A DNA stretch of 64,000 bases from the human T2T-CHM13v2.0 reference genome, Homo sapiens: assembly GCF_009914755.1 (NCBI RefSeq), contig NC_060925.1. One strand, 5' to 3'. The notes beneath the pieces are model-generated. The model was not told where the DNA came from and did no database searches. It worked only from the letters and a program-made list of their open reading frames with translations. The first letter of the stretch is position 1, and every line of letters begins with the position of its first letter. Below are positions 42,581-58,830 of this stretch, piece after piece. Position numbers and translations under genes: made by a program.

Positions 42581-44419
42581 AGCTTCTTAAAAACTCTTGC
42601 AGAGCCTCCGGTTATAAACTTTAATCAACAGAGGGCGCTCGGAGCCCACCAAACACGCTTTGGGCCCCCAGCTACTTAGAAATGCAAATCAGAGCAGCTC
42701 TGGGCTCCCCCGTCTCCAAGGTGGATCGCGCAGCTCCCCAACACTCCCCCTCGACACCCCACCTTCCCCACCCGCGGCCTCGCCGGCTCGTTTCACCACA
42801 CGCTGCTTTTTGGCTGATAAGCGGCTCGTGGCCAATGGCGATGATGTGTTTCGCGGCACCTACGCGAAATACAGATGCGGGTGGGAGCTGGCGCGTGCTG
42901 CCTGGAGGTGTACCTGCCCCCTAAGGTCCCCTATTGATAGGATCGCTTTTAAATTGGAAGTGGGAACGTAACGGAAACGTCCACTCTGTTCTTGCCATCT
43001 TCCTTTTGACCTTTTTACCTCGCTTTGGTGGCTGTGAAATATTCCCGCGCAGGAGCTGGAGCGGGGAGGAGTGGGGCAGAGCACGGGAGGCACAGAAGAA
43101 ATTGTCCCCGAGGAAGGCAGAGTGGGGGCGTGGCCCCAGGCTTCCAGAACCCCGAACCTTTGTCTTCTTGCCCCCTCCTGCGTCGTCCACAGCTCAGAAG
43201 GAAGTCAGCGACCAGAAAGCCCTGAACGTCCTTCGCGCCCTCGCCCACCCCCGGGCTGGGTCTCCCCGCGGGCGCGGAGATGCCGTTACACCCCACGTGA
43301 TCCCTGCGCCCGGCCAGTCCTTCCAGAGGCGTCTCGCGGGGTGTTAATTAAAGGTCACAACAAAACAGACCTGCTGGCTCACCAGAAGAAATGTCCTCCC
43401 GTGAAATGAAAAATGACACCCCAGAGCAGCCACGTGTGGAGCCTGGCATACGCCGGCTTCCTGCGCTCCTGGGCGCTGCGCCGGGGGACTGGGGCGGGGG
43501 GCGATCGGAGAGGGAGCGATGACGGGGTGCTCCGGAGACCCCGCGGGGCCCAGGCGCAGGAAGAAACGGGCGGCGGGGGGCGAGGGGCCCGATCCCACGC
43601 AAGGAGAGGCCAAGGCCAGCTCGCGCCACACCCCCTCTCCAGGCCAGAGTCGTCCGCGTGCAGCGCGGCGAAGCCCTCAGTTTCCCCTGCCCGGCAGCGG
43701 CCCGCTGGGTCACCAGGCTCACCTGTCCCAGCCCCGGGCGGCTTAGTCCATCACAGACCGGGGCTCGGGCGGGCGGGGGACCAAGGGCCCTAGTCCTGCG
43801 GCTGCGGTCGGGGAGGGTGGCCCCCCGGCCGGCCCGGGGTCGGTAGGGCAATTCCAGAAAAGGTTTGCCCGGCAGCTCTCCGAGAACAAAGGGCGGGGGG
43901 AGGACCCGGCATGTTTGTGGACTTGTTTGTGACTCAATCCCTTTTGCACGGCGTTTCACAGACAGACCTGCAAGCCTTGTCAGGAAGAGAAAGAACTTGG
44001 GGGCGGGGGAGGCTGGGGCACCGCATTTCCGTCCAGCCACGCTCGCTCGCGCGGCCCCCGGGCTCCAGGCTCGCGCAGCGGCGTTTCATTAGAGCCCCGG
44101 GCCCGGGCCGCGCGCCAGGAACTTCCCCGCACGCGGCGAGATCGACGATCCCCCGCCCCCAGCCCCAGCCCGGCTCCAGGCCTCGCAATGTCAGGCACGA
44201 GCGCCGCCACATAAAATGGATCCCGGCCGGCGCGGCGAGGGCGGCAGGTTCCCGAGGCTCCTCCGCGCTGCGCCCGGGCGCACACGCGCGCTGTGACCGC
44301 CGACCGCTCCCGGGCCACGCGGAGCCGCCCCTCTCCCGGCCCTCGCGCAACTGTCAGGCGAAACGGGCCGGCGGATATTGGCTCGGCGACACGCCGAGGC
44401 TCCTCCCCGAGTCTGGATC

Positions 44420-44889
44420 TTTATATTTTGGGAGAATTTCTTTGAACTCAGTTACCAAGCTCGGTGAAGGAGACAAGTTCCCACAGCTGACTCGGCTCGG
44501 CTCTCCCACCTTCCCGGCAGCGGCCGCGAGCCCTGATTGTATCCCTCCCTTTCCTCGTGGGGGAGCACGGACTGACTTGGCTGAAGAAAATGCCAGTTCT
44601 GTGGATGTGGCCGTGACAAGAGGACGTGCGGCTGGAAGAGGCAGAAGGGGACGAGGAAAAGCATGCTTTGAAGAGAAGAATAAACCAGCGACCCCAACCC
44701 TTTCTGCAAATTGGTGCTATTACTTGTGGGATCCATTTGCTTTCATTCCCTCCCACCCCACCGCTGAAGAAACCTTGCCCTGAGGGCTGAGAGCCAGCCC
44801 CCTGCAGCCGGGGGACGCTTCTGGGTTGGAGGACCTTCTGGATGTAGCGTCGGTGGAACCTTTAGATACTCTCCTCTGGAAAAGCCACC
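44420..44889 (+). promoter_or_regulatory. KIF26B: KIF26B core promoter (TATA-like element plus Inr) and ~440-nt 5' UTR
   Basis: TTTATATTTT at 44420-44429 is an AT patch within GC-rich DNA, about 28-30 nt upstream of a consensus Inr TCAGTT (44448-44453, A+1 = 44450). Confidence 0.65.
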
Positions 44890-44952
44890 ATGAATTCGGT
44901 AGCTGGGAATAAAGAGAGGCTTGCGGTCTCCACCAGGGGCAAGAAATACGGG
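44890..44952 (+). CDS. KIF26B: KIF26B coding exon 1 ([21 protein letters not shown])
   Basis: Kozak gccaccATG at 44890, 21 codons, then a phase-0 donor GGG|gtaagt at 44953. The peptide is recognised as the KIF26B N-terminus and lies in a CpG island. Confidence 0.96.
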
Positions 44953-45747
44953 GTAAGTTGTGACGGTACGACGCGGAGACGCGTTACCAGACCCATCTCG
45001 GCGGAGGTCCCCCTTTCCCCGGGATCGTGCGGCCCCGGCCCCGAGCTCTCCCCCGCTGCAGAGGCGCCCCCGGGGCTGGCGGGGTTGTGAGTGCGCGGAG
45101 GCGGGTCGGCCGCGGGGACGCCCGCACGCTCGCCTCGCTCTCGGAATTTTTTCAGCCCTCTCGTTCCTTCCTTTCCACGCACCCGTAACTTTTGCCGCAT
45201 TCCTGCACTTCTAGGCAGAGTGAAGCCGAAGGGGAGGGTTTCCCATGAATGCCGGGCAGTACCTCGGATCGTTTAGCTGGAGCCGTGAGAGCCTCTCGTT
45301 TACCTGCAGGATCCGGAGAGTTGGACCCCGTATGAATAAAAATCCTGAAATCACAGCCCTCCCCCTACCCCCCCCATAGGGTCTTCCAGGATTTTGTTCC
45401 CGGGATCTTGCTGGGATAGGTGCCGGCTTCAAAAGCGTGGGGCGCTGAACCTATGGATTCCCCCCCGCCTTGCAGAAGCCGTGGAAACGGCCCCGAGCGA
45501 GTCCCCTTCCTGACCCCAGGAGGAGGCCACCGGGGACCAGCGCAGGGGTCACCTGGGCGGTGGGGACTCACTTAAGGACAATTAACGAGACAGACGGAGG
45601 GCAATTTGGCCGCAGGGCTTGGAGAGGTCCCCAACCGACTCCCGTGGGCGGTTCGAGCGGGTACTTGGTGGCGCACGTATGACCCAGCTCCTGGGCGCTG
45701 CAGCCCGCCGCCTTGCAGCCCCTGACACCGGCGTGTCTTCCCCGCAG

Positions 45748-46149
45748 GTGAATGAAGTCTGCTCGCCCACCAAGCCCGCAGCGCCCTTCTCCCCGGAAAG
45801 CTGGTACCGGAAAGCATACGAGGAGTCGCGCGCCGGCAGCCGGCCCACTCCTGAGGGCGCGGGCTCAGCGCTCGGCTCCTCGGGGACCCCGTCTCCCGGC
45901 TCGGGCACCTCGTCCCCGAGCTCGTTCACCGGCTCCCCGGGACCCGCCTCCCCCGGCATCGGCACTAGTTCGCCGGGCTCCTTGGGCGGCTCTCCGGGCT
46001 TCGGCACAGGCTCCCCGGGCTCCGGCAGCGGCGGCGGCTCCTCCCCCGGCTCGGACCGCGGCGTCTGGTGCGAGAACTGCAACGCCCGCCTGGTGGAGCT
46101 CAAGAGGCAGGCCCTGAGGTTGCTCCTCCCGGGGCCCTTCCCGGGCAAG
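45748..46149 (+). CDS. KIF26B: KIF26B coding exon 2 (VNEVCSPTK...GSP-rich...[28 protein letters not shown])
   Basis: Acceptor tcttccccgcag|GTG and donor AAG|gtgagc. The exon is 402 nt (134 codons), in phase with exon 1, and matches the known KIF26B N-terminal region. Intron 2 runs past the end of the window. Confidence 0.96.
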
Positions 46150-48303
46150 GTGAGCGCCGCGCGGGGCTGGCTGGGGAGGCGCCGGGAGGGCGGGGCCGGG
46201 CCGCCACCCACAGCAGCTGCTCAGCCCGCCGCGACCTTGCGCGCCGGCTCCACGCGAGAGCCCCCGGCGGCGCTGGGGATGCTCCACACCTCACGGGGCT
46301 CTAGCACGCGGGGCGACCCATGCCCCTTCCTCAGCCAGGCCGCCCGGGGGGCAGGAGGACCGAGTCCCGAGCGCGAAGGGGCGCCCGTGGCCACAGGCCT
46401 CACGGCCCACGGGGGAGGCCCCCAGGTGGTCTCTCCTGCCGCCCCCTCCCAGCTCTCCCTGGCGGCTGCAGGCTGCGCTTTCGATGTTTCTCCCCACCCC
46501 CACCTGTGATCCTTTACAAAAATGTCAGCGGGAGCTGTAAAAGCAAGCTGATGCTCGGAGCTGGCATTTCCCACTGCCTGTTTGTGGTCCATCCTTTCCG
46601 CGGTTGCAGAAACAGAAACATACTCGAAAGCCAGCATTTTCCCCTTCTCAGTCTGTGTGTGTGTCTGAGGAAGATCCGGAGGCGGGTGGCTCTTCGGAGC
46701 AGTGCTCCCTCCTGGCCTGCTCCTGCGCCAAGCACACTGGTTCCTCCATAGCAACCCTGCCCGCAGTGTGTGACTGGCCCGAGCCCCCAGGGGATAGCAA
46801 TGCGATTGTATTTGCACTGTTGGGTCCAAGTACTATCAAATGATCATATTTACTCGGCCACTTCAAAGAGTTTTTATCAGTGGTTAGAGAGCAATATCAA
46901 GGAAATAGAGTGGATTGCTGTAGAGGTTTTTGACACTGTTGGTTCAACGTCAATTTCTGGTTTATTATTTCCGTGACTTTAGAAATGAAATACTGTGATT
47001 TCGAGTAGGCGTTTAGGAATGACTGCGTCTGCTGGCCCAACCTGCGTATGCAGATACACACGTTGATGTTTTCATAGGCAAGGGTTAAATTCAACAAATG
47101 CCCACAGACGCTGTGAAACTTAAAATGGGGGAAATGACCACCAGGAGAATTGGTTTTATGAATGCAGAACTTATCTCAAGAATAATGAACTCGTGGATGG
47201 TTGTCAGTGTACCGTTTTTGTAGTTTGATACATCTGCCGTGACATCCCAAGGATACATCTCAAGGAATCAAAAAGCTTATTTCGCTCTTGCGTGCTAGAC
47301 CTTCCGATTTAACACCGTTTCTTCATTCACAGATTTATTTGCTCTCGTGATCCTTCATCAATATTCATTGATTTTCTACTCCATCCGAGGCACTGTGTCA
47401 GGCACAGCAATGAAAATACCAGGTCCATTCATGCAGTCCTTGTCCACGTGGAGCTTAGATTCTAGTGGAGGATACAGATAACAACCACAAAATGCACAGT
47501 TCACAATGTCTTCACATTTGTGGAGGGAATGTAGGGTGCTGTGAGGTTGTTGAACTGGATGGGAGCATCTGATAAAGATGGAAGGACCTTGGTTCTTAAA
47601 GATCTAGTAGCTGATATTTGGCAGTCCTAATACATTACAGCCTACCAAATTATTTTAGACCTTTCTTGAGGACCTATTCTTATAATAGGCTTATTGTGGC
47701 TTTGGGTGTTCCTATATGCAAAGGCCGATCAAAATACACTCTTCTCATTTAAAAAAAGAGGAGGGGAAGGAAAATCTACAGAGGAAACAAATGTTGAAAC
47801 TCATACGCATCCATCATGTTTTATGGAGTCCTGTGACCAGCTGGAATCTTGTTTTTATAGAAACAGCCTGGAACATTCACTTACAGTGTCACGGGAGGCA
47901 GCTCAATATATTTGCCAATTTTATGTATGTGATAAGGTAAAACTCTTGTTGGAACTGATTGTATTGTCAGAGTGAGGTGATGGCCCCAGAAGAAACACTG
48001 GATTTGCTGAACCCCCATGCTCTACAATGACTTAGAGTGATCCAAGGACATCTAGAGAAGACCTGGCAGTCATGGGGGCAGTCACAGGGGATCACTTTAA
48101 GTGCATACGTGAATGTCACATAGTACCACAGTCGCCTGAGTTTTATATGTGAAGCAGCACAGTAAAGCGTGACATTTGGTGCAAGGGCATAGACAGGGCT
48201 CAGCCAGGAAGAAGGATGCTTTGCATCAGCTCATTGTTAGTAATGAGATGTGGGGCCTCAATTTTAACTACAAAATTTCTGCAAGCCTTTGTGAATAATA
48301 ATT

Positions 48304-48306
48304 GTG

Positions 48307-48337
<31 letters not shown>

Positions 48338-48340
48338 TGT
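48304..48340. repeat. (TG)n microsatellite
   Basis: Directly visible. Confidence 0.9.
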
Positions 48341-51300
48341 TTTAAGCATTTGTACCTTGCATTTAGGTACAATTTCCATTATACCTTTAGCATTTGCAAC
48401 CTTATAGCCAAACAGTTGCCATGTTTTCTGGTGTACCATGGATGGAGGCCATGTAACTTGGATAAGACTTTTCTTCTTCCCGGAGCAATATTAATGAACA
48501 AACTGTGGACCACTGTAGCCCTCAGGCACAGAAGGAGTTAAGTTTCATTAGAACAAGAGGTGTCACTGTGACTCCAACATGCAGTTCGCTCAGTTCGCTC
48601 TGAAGAGTAAGAGTCTGGAAGATAAAGACATGTTTTTGAGGAGTAATTAACAAAAATCATCTGTGTAATTTGCTTAAGATGCTTACCTGCATTTGGGAAA
48701 TATTTTCTTAAATAGAGTGTTAAATTCTACTAGGTGGTATTAAATGTCTCCTAGGTAGATATTTAAAAGTCAAAAGCAGAATAGCACATCCAGGAACCTT
48801 AATATTTTAGGATGGATTTGGTTTTGGTTCTTCTTCACCACTGATTTACTTTGTGACATTGGGTAAATTAGTTTTCCTCTCTACTTTTTAACTTTCCTAT
48901 TAATATCCTAAGGAAAAAAATGAATGAGACTATTAAAACGTCATTAAAATGATCCAAGGTAAGGTCTGAAAAGTGCTTTCATTCTTTAGAGAAAGATATG
49001 AGGGTTGATGATTATTAATGAGCTAAGATTCTGTTAGATTTATGTTTTACAGAATTTAAGGTTTTTCTTATAAGATATTACTCCTGTCAGTTTCTAATTT
49101 CATCTGTATATTTTCTAAACATGCTGCCATATGAGTTCTCACACTGTGCCTGTTGGTAGGTAGCAAGCCCTATTGAATCCCCCGTTCTGTCTTTGGAACA
49201 GTTGGTTAAGGAGGGGAGGTGAAGTAGTAGAGAGCCCATTCCGGGTATCTGGTTGGTTCCAGGAGCTAGTGCCTGGCTCTGGTGGCCTGAGAAGAACCAT
49301 CTTATTCTGAGCACTCCAATGGAGGATAGGGCTTCATGGTAGAAAATGACATTATTTGAACGTAACGGAGTGGGTGATAGTGTTGGCTGAGGTAGGAAAT
49401 AGGAGGAGACATGGAATTGGATGGAGCTCAGAGGGAAGGATGATCATGAGTTTGGTTTTCCATGCAGCGAGTCTGAGCTTTCTGGAAAGAGATGGAGGCA
49501 GATTTAATAATAAAACACTTTGTTTTTGGCTATCTCAAGACTGGCGTGTAGAAGTGACAGCTGTGAGCTCACATAGCTCTGCTGTTGATACTCTGTATTC
49601 ATCCTTTCCGATAGCAACTTACCTGGTGAGTAGACGTTTGTGCTTGGTGGCAGATTGTAAAACACTCAGATTGACTTTTATTACCTTGATCAGTACAAAA
49701 AGTACTTACTGGGTTTATATCGTTTCTCTTTTGGTGCCGGTGAGTGGAAGTGGTCGGATAAAAGAATGTGGACGTGTAAAGTGTTGAGATTTTAAGTGAG
49801 AATGGCCCTTTTACCCACTGTAGCCTTCCAGTGTGTGAATACAAAACCATTTCATGTCCAATGGCAAGAGCATCTTTCCTGCTTTGTACACAGTCAGGGC
49901 ACTGAGCCAGAAATAGGGGCCAAGGAACGAATTGCTCAATTTTGGGCTAGCCTAGATCATTCTGATATCTGTGACAGAACTTTTGAATGGACTGGGCAAG
50001 TCCTACGAAACAACAGCCCAACGAAATTCCCTGGAGTAAGCAGTAAAGCTCCAGGTTGGCAAAAGGTTATCAGACATCTGTTCATTTCCATATCAATAAA
50101 AGAAAATCTTTTATGTAAAAAAAAAAAAGTGCAGAACTATGTTCCTATCTGATTGTCTCTCAGTCAGATATTCTGAGTCCATTTATGCCCCAGAAATATC
50201 AGGAAGATTAGCCAGACATACTGAGAAGGGTGGCCAGGAATCACAGAGATGAAAGAAAGGAATGCGTCATAGGGGTTAAAAACGCCAAACGTGGACTCTA
50301 AATAGCCGGAGACCAAGTAAGTCTAGACTTGAGGAGATATAGATATCCCCACATGCATATTTCTGTATTTTGCCAGCTCCAAAAGAGGGGTATGGAAAAA
50401 TAACTAGACGCAAAAAGTCCCCCAAAAGCCATCATAAAACATTTTATAGATAGGATAAAACAGACATTGCATTTCGAGTACTTATTAATTATAAGGGACT
50501 TCTAGCTGAAATCTTCTCTTTCTTCTAAGAACATGTGGCTATTTTCAAAAAGCTTCATTTGAGTCTTTCTCATATCAGAAGTATTTTAGATAAAGGAGCA
50601 GTTAGTAGATAATAGCAGTCATGAAAAAGTCCTACAGCATTTATCATTTGAAAATTTCTGAAACATTTTGGGAGTTTATAAAAACATTCCCAGGAGAGAC
50701 ATGTGAGCAGTAATCTCTTTTTAAGGCTTAGCAAGCTGTGGAATAATGGCAGTTCATTCTACCAGACTATTAATTGTGAAGCAACATGGTCAGTTTTTAT
50801 AGTGACTTAATTCACTTTGCAAAAATCCCTGGCCTGCAATAATTCCTTCCACACCCATTGCAGATAGGATTACTACATTAGAAATGTGATTTTTAAATGG
50901 CTGAGGCTGGTAGTTTGTCAGCATTTGGAAGGATTAAGTCAATTAAAATGGAGGCAACATCAGTTGCCATTTGTTATTTGGCATTATATCACAGATTGTA
51001 CCATGAGTGGGCCAACAATAGCGATGATAGTAATAATAATAATATGTAATAAATGGCTAACAACGATTGTCCTACATACCACGAACTACACTGAAACACA
51101 CACACACATAATCTCATATATTAAAATGAAGATGAACGTGATTTTTTCTTTTTTACCCTGGAATTCCAAGTGCTTGATGTGGTTAAGATCATAGAAGGAA
51201 GCATGAAGAAAAAATATGCAAGGAACAGAGAAATCCAATCACACTTTCCCCTAGAAGCTGTTAAGGGTCCCTGTGAGTAGAACTGACTGAGTGAGAGGCA

Positions 51301-51783
51301 CCGGCTCGAGATGGTTATTATTTTTCCTGGGCTCACAGATGAGAATTTTACTTCCAGTGAGTGGGGAGGTTGGGGGAAAGTATGTGAGACTGTCAGGTTC
51401 TGAGTTGAGGAATTGTCTTGGCTGGAATGCAAGGGGCGGGGGGAAGGAACCTCCTTATATTTACGTGCACCCGTTGGAGACCCTGTTGTCATCCCTTCCT
51501 GAACAGAAAACCCTGCCCGAGGGCCCCGTCCTGACCTTCTGCGAGGAAGAGTTCTTCAGCCGGCCATTTCAGTGCCCCATCGGCAGGGCGGCCAGACCTC
51601 TGCTCTGTTTTGTCCTCAAAAAGATTGCAAATTGGCTGGTGTCTGGGAGGGTTCTTGGTCATTTTGCAGGAATACAAGACAAATTTCCTTTTTACCACTC
51701 TCTGCAGTCACAAGCTATTCATCAGCATCCTTTCTTTCCTGTTTCTCGTCTATGGTGTTATTGTGGCGAAGGAGCACTGTTGA

Positions 51784-52078
<295 letters not shown>

Positions 52079-52299
52079 TGATCCACCCGCCTTGGCCTCC
52101 CAAAGTGCTGGGATTACAGGCAGAAATATCTTATTTTAAAGTACATTTGTGTAGATGCAAAAGGACTGGGGATACACCTGTATTCCTAATGTACTTTTGA
52201 AATATTTGTCAAGATATCAACACAGTTTGTATCCATCATTGGCTTACCATTGCCTTTGGAACTGCTCCAGAGCCTATCTGAGAAAATTGGAAATGAGTG

Positions 52300-53845
<1,546 letters not shown>

Positions 53846-53849
53846 CAAT

Positions 53850-55390
<1,541 letters not shown>

Positions 55391-55704
55391 GGCAGCATTT
55401 GAGTTGCTGAGGACACTGAGATACAAGAGATCCACTTCTTGAGGCTCTTATTATCTTAAAATGAAGAACTACAATCAACAGACTTGCGTGCAAAACCAGG
55501 CTCCGTCACTTAGGGTGTGACCTTGGGCAAGCCTTGGTCTTTCTAAACGTGGTTATTCTCATCTCTACAGTGGGAGTCATGACAGAGCCCCACCAGGAGG
55601 ATCGTGAGGATTAGGTGAAATTGTGAGATGCTAGTCAACCATCGCTTTCTGTTATTATTCCAGTGACTTTCCACAGGAAGTTGAATTTTATATAAGATTC
55701 CTAC

Positions 55705-55762
55705 CCTCCTTCCTTCCCTCCTTCCTTCCCTCTTTCCTTCCTTTTTTCCTTCCTTCCTTCCA
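55705..55762. repeat. (TTCC)n-like polypyrimidine repeat
   Basis: Directly visible. Confidence 0.8.
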
Positions 55763-58700
55763 TCTGACACGAAAATGGAGAAACAGCAGTCAGAGAAAAT
55801 GAAAGCATTCAGTGCGTCTTTGTTTCTTCACCTCCAAGTGGATAAAGCATCTCATTCTTATTTATTCATTTGTAGAGTTGTCACCACAGAAAGTTTAAGG
55901 GAGCTCAGTGGATGTAAATAGCGACTCCTTTGGGTTGAGGTGCCATGAATATGGATTGAGAGTTTTTTGTCACAGATGGAAATCCCTTCTTTAAGCCCGG
56001 CCCCTCTCATAGCCCCTCCAGGGAGACTTGCAGATGTGGCATTTGGCATTTCGGCTCCGGGGAATGAGGGAGAGCAGATTTCCTCCAGTGACTGCGCATG
56101 CGATGTGCAGATCTGAGCCGCACCAGGAATTTGGGTTTATCTGCCTTCCAATCCAGCTTTATCTGTCTCAGACGGTTTTCTTTGCAGTTGTACTTTGCTG
56201 ATCCTATCACATCGATTCCAACCAGACCCCATGGGAAGTCTGGGAATAAAGAAGTCACCCTCCCCCACCAAGCAGGATATCCTGCACATACATCAGCTCT
56301 CAGGGCTGGAGGTGACCGTGGAGGAGAGGGATCCTGTGAGCTCTAATACAAAAAACCGAGACATTCTGAACGTTGCTATAGAGGTTAGCAAAGCAGAAGG
56401 CTCTGAGGGTAGAGTAAGTATTATTAATTTTTTAAATATGCAGAACGATAAATATGTCTTAAGTGTTATAGACCAGGTTACAGCTGAGGGACTATTTTGA
56501 TTTTCCTTTTCTACTTATTGGAGTTTACGTTCAATCCTGTTGCCAACCACAAAAAGTTATTGGAACAAATTTTAGCTCTCCACACAGCATGGTTCTAAAA
56601 TCTTTGATGGTTCTTACGTGTAAACTTTCTTTTTATATAATTGTTTTTTTTTTTGCTTGAAAGCATGAGCTGCAAATAATAAATTAAAATCCGCTTTTCT
56701 ATCACAGGGGTGACAAATAGAAACTTTTATTTTGATATGTCCTTATCTAAGTGATGTCTGAGGTCTGTATATGCTAATTCAGGATTTTTTTTCTGAGCTA
56801 ACCTAGGAACCGATAGAACTTGAGATTTTTCTGCAGTGTAATTTTGTCTTTGAGTTGGCAGTGATGAGCAGCTACACTTCCCCATGAAACTCTATCATCG
56901 TATTTAGAGTGGTTGCTTTCTTTGGGGTTATAATCACTACTTCCCAACCCTTCCTCCACCTAACTGGTGGCTTCACACAAGAATGGGAGACTCACCTATT
57001 AACTGATTAGAAGCCAGCAATAACAACCAGCACCAAAAGCTGTCGAGCTATCTAACCAAATGGTTGTACAGAAAATAAACAGCTGAATTCAGGCAAACAA
57101 CTGGAAGCAGCCACCATTGTTTAAAAAAAAAAATCACCTGCCCAGTTCAGTTGTGTAACTTTGCACAGCAGGGAGTCTCAGTCCTAAGCAGGTGGCAGAG
57201 TGTCTTCCCCATGGTACCATGGCTGGGAATTAGAGCATCAGGTGTCCTTTACCAAGACAGGCAGCGTGGTGATGGGGGCTGAGGGATAGATGGGAGGAGG
57301 ATAGAAAGGAGAGGAATAAGAGGGGAGGAGGAGGAGGACGGATGAGAGAGAGGGCGAGGAAACAAAGAAATGGGTGGTATACGCATCCAAGGTTGTCTAC
57401 AATCCCAGATATTTAGGTGAAAAAGGACTGTCCTTGGATCTGGGGACAGAGGTGCAGTCCTGCTTCCAGCACTGATAAGCATTATGATCTTGGGAGAATC
57501 ACCTAGCTGGCCTGTGCTTGATTTTTCTTTTGTAATCTAAGAGCATGGTAGTCGGTGGGCTCTAAGCTTCTCCCAAGCCTGTGAGTCTCTGTGAATCTGA
57601 GGCTTTGGGAGTCCACTCCGTGAACCCAGATTCCACAGGGATGTGCCTGGCAAAATCCAAGTGGGTTTCTGGCTGAAGCTGTTCTGTGGGCTGCCATGTT
57701 TGTGGGACATCTCATCTGCAGCCGCCGCAGCGACCTCCTTGTCCGTCCAGCCAAGGGGAGGGACCGGAAGCCAAGCGGAGGGGCCGGTAGCGCCGTCGTT
57801 GCTGATGCTTCTGCTTTTGGAATTCGGATCATAAACTGACAGGGTTCTTCCTGTTTCTTAATAAAGCTATTTGTTTTACTGTCTAATGTGTTTCTAAGCA
57901 GAAATAGACAAACAAAAGGACAATTGATTCTAGAAGAGAGATTTAGTATGGAGTATTTGAAGAAAAGTATTGCCTTAGAAATAAGGATGTTTTGTAGTTA
58001 ATTTTACATTAAAAGTTCTGCCATATTGATTAGGATTTAGAAATAACATACGAAGAGTTCTTCCTGAGTAGCAGTATAGGAACACCAGAACTCTATAAAC
58101 ATTTTATTCATCATTCTTCATCTGATTTTTTTCCAAAATCTTTTTGCTCCCTTTGATTTCTCTCTTTTTTTCTGCTCTTTCAAATGCCTAGACAGAGCCA
58201 TATTGATTAGGCCAGTATTTACATATCACATGCCCCTGACGTGGGTTTAATGCCCCGTAGTGTTTGATGCTGTGGTCTGGGAAAGAATGGAACAGGTAGC
58301 TGCCCGCTGAGTCAACGAGGCCCATGCAGTTATCATCTATTTTTATTTTTCTCTTTAATCATTTAGCCAAGGTTGCCTCTTTAAAATATCTACTTCCTGG
58401 GGGATGTTTCCCTGACTCTTATTTCAAATCTAATACTTTGTATTTGAGTCTAAACACAATTCAGGGAATATAGCTATTAAAAGCAGAACTTGATTTTGTT
58501 TAACTAGTCCAGAGCGCGTGATGGCTTTGGAGCAGAGTGGAGAACAGGCACAGAGGAGCACGAGCCCCAGGAACACCACTTGGTGCCCCTCCCTCGTCCT
58601 TCCACCGAGCTCTCTGCACGTATCTTACCAGGGCGTGAATGGAGCATTCTGCAGCCAGACACATCCAACCCACAGCAAACCCTCCATGCAAGCTTGCCTG

Positions 58701-58785
58701 TGTCCTCAGACATTCTACCCTTTATTTCTCCTCTTGTTCTTTGCCCCTAAGTTTGTCCATGCACTCGACTTTCTAACGGGCCATG

Positions 58786-58791
58786 GTGTGT

Positions 58792-58830
<39 letters not shown>
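58786..58830. repeat. (TG)n(CG)n microsatellite
   Basis: TG run ending in gcgcgca. Confidence 0.9.

Larger units (their letters stand above)
42600..46500. promoter_or_regulatory. CpG island spanning the KIF26B promoter and exons 1-2
   Basis: Very high GC and CpG content, GC boxes (ggggcggggg), and no interspersed repeats. Confidence 0.92.

Noticed and set aside
44208-44220. CArG/SRF box
   Set aside because: ACATAAAATGG does not fit CC(A/T)6GG.
43348-44783. 290-aa (+) and 230-aa (-) ORFs in the CpG island
   Set aside because: Arg/Pro/Gly/Ala-rich stop-poor frames are expected at this GC content. They have no recognisable domain and overlap the KIF26B promoter and UTR.
45582-46211. 209-aa antisense ORF with PGEP repeats
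   Set aside because: It is the mirror of the GSP-repeat codons of KIF26B exon 2.
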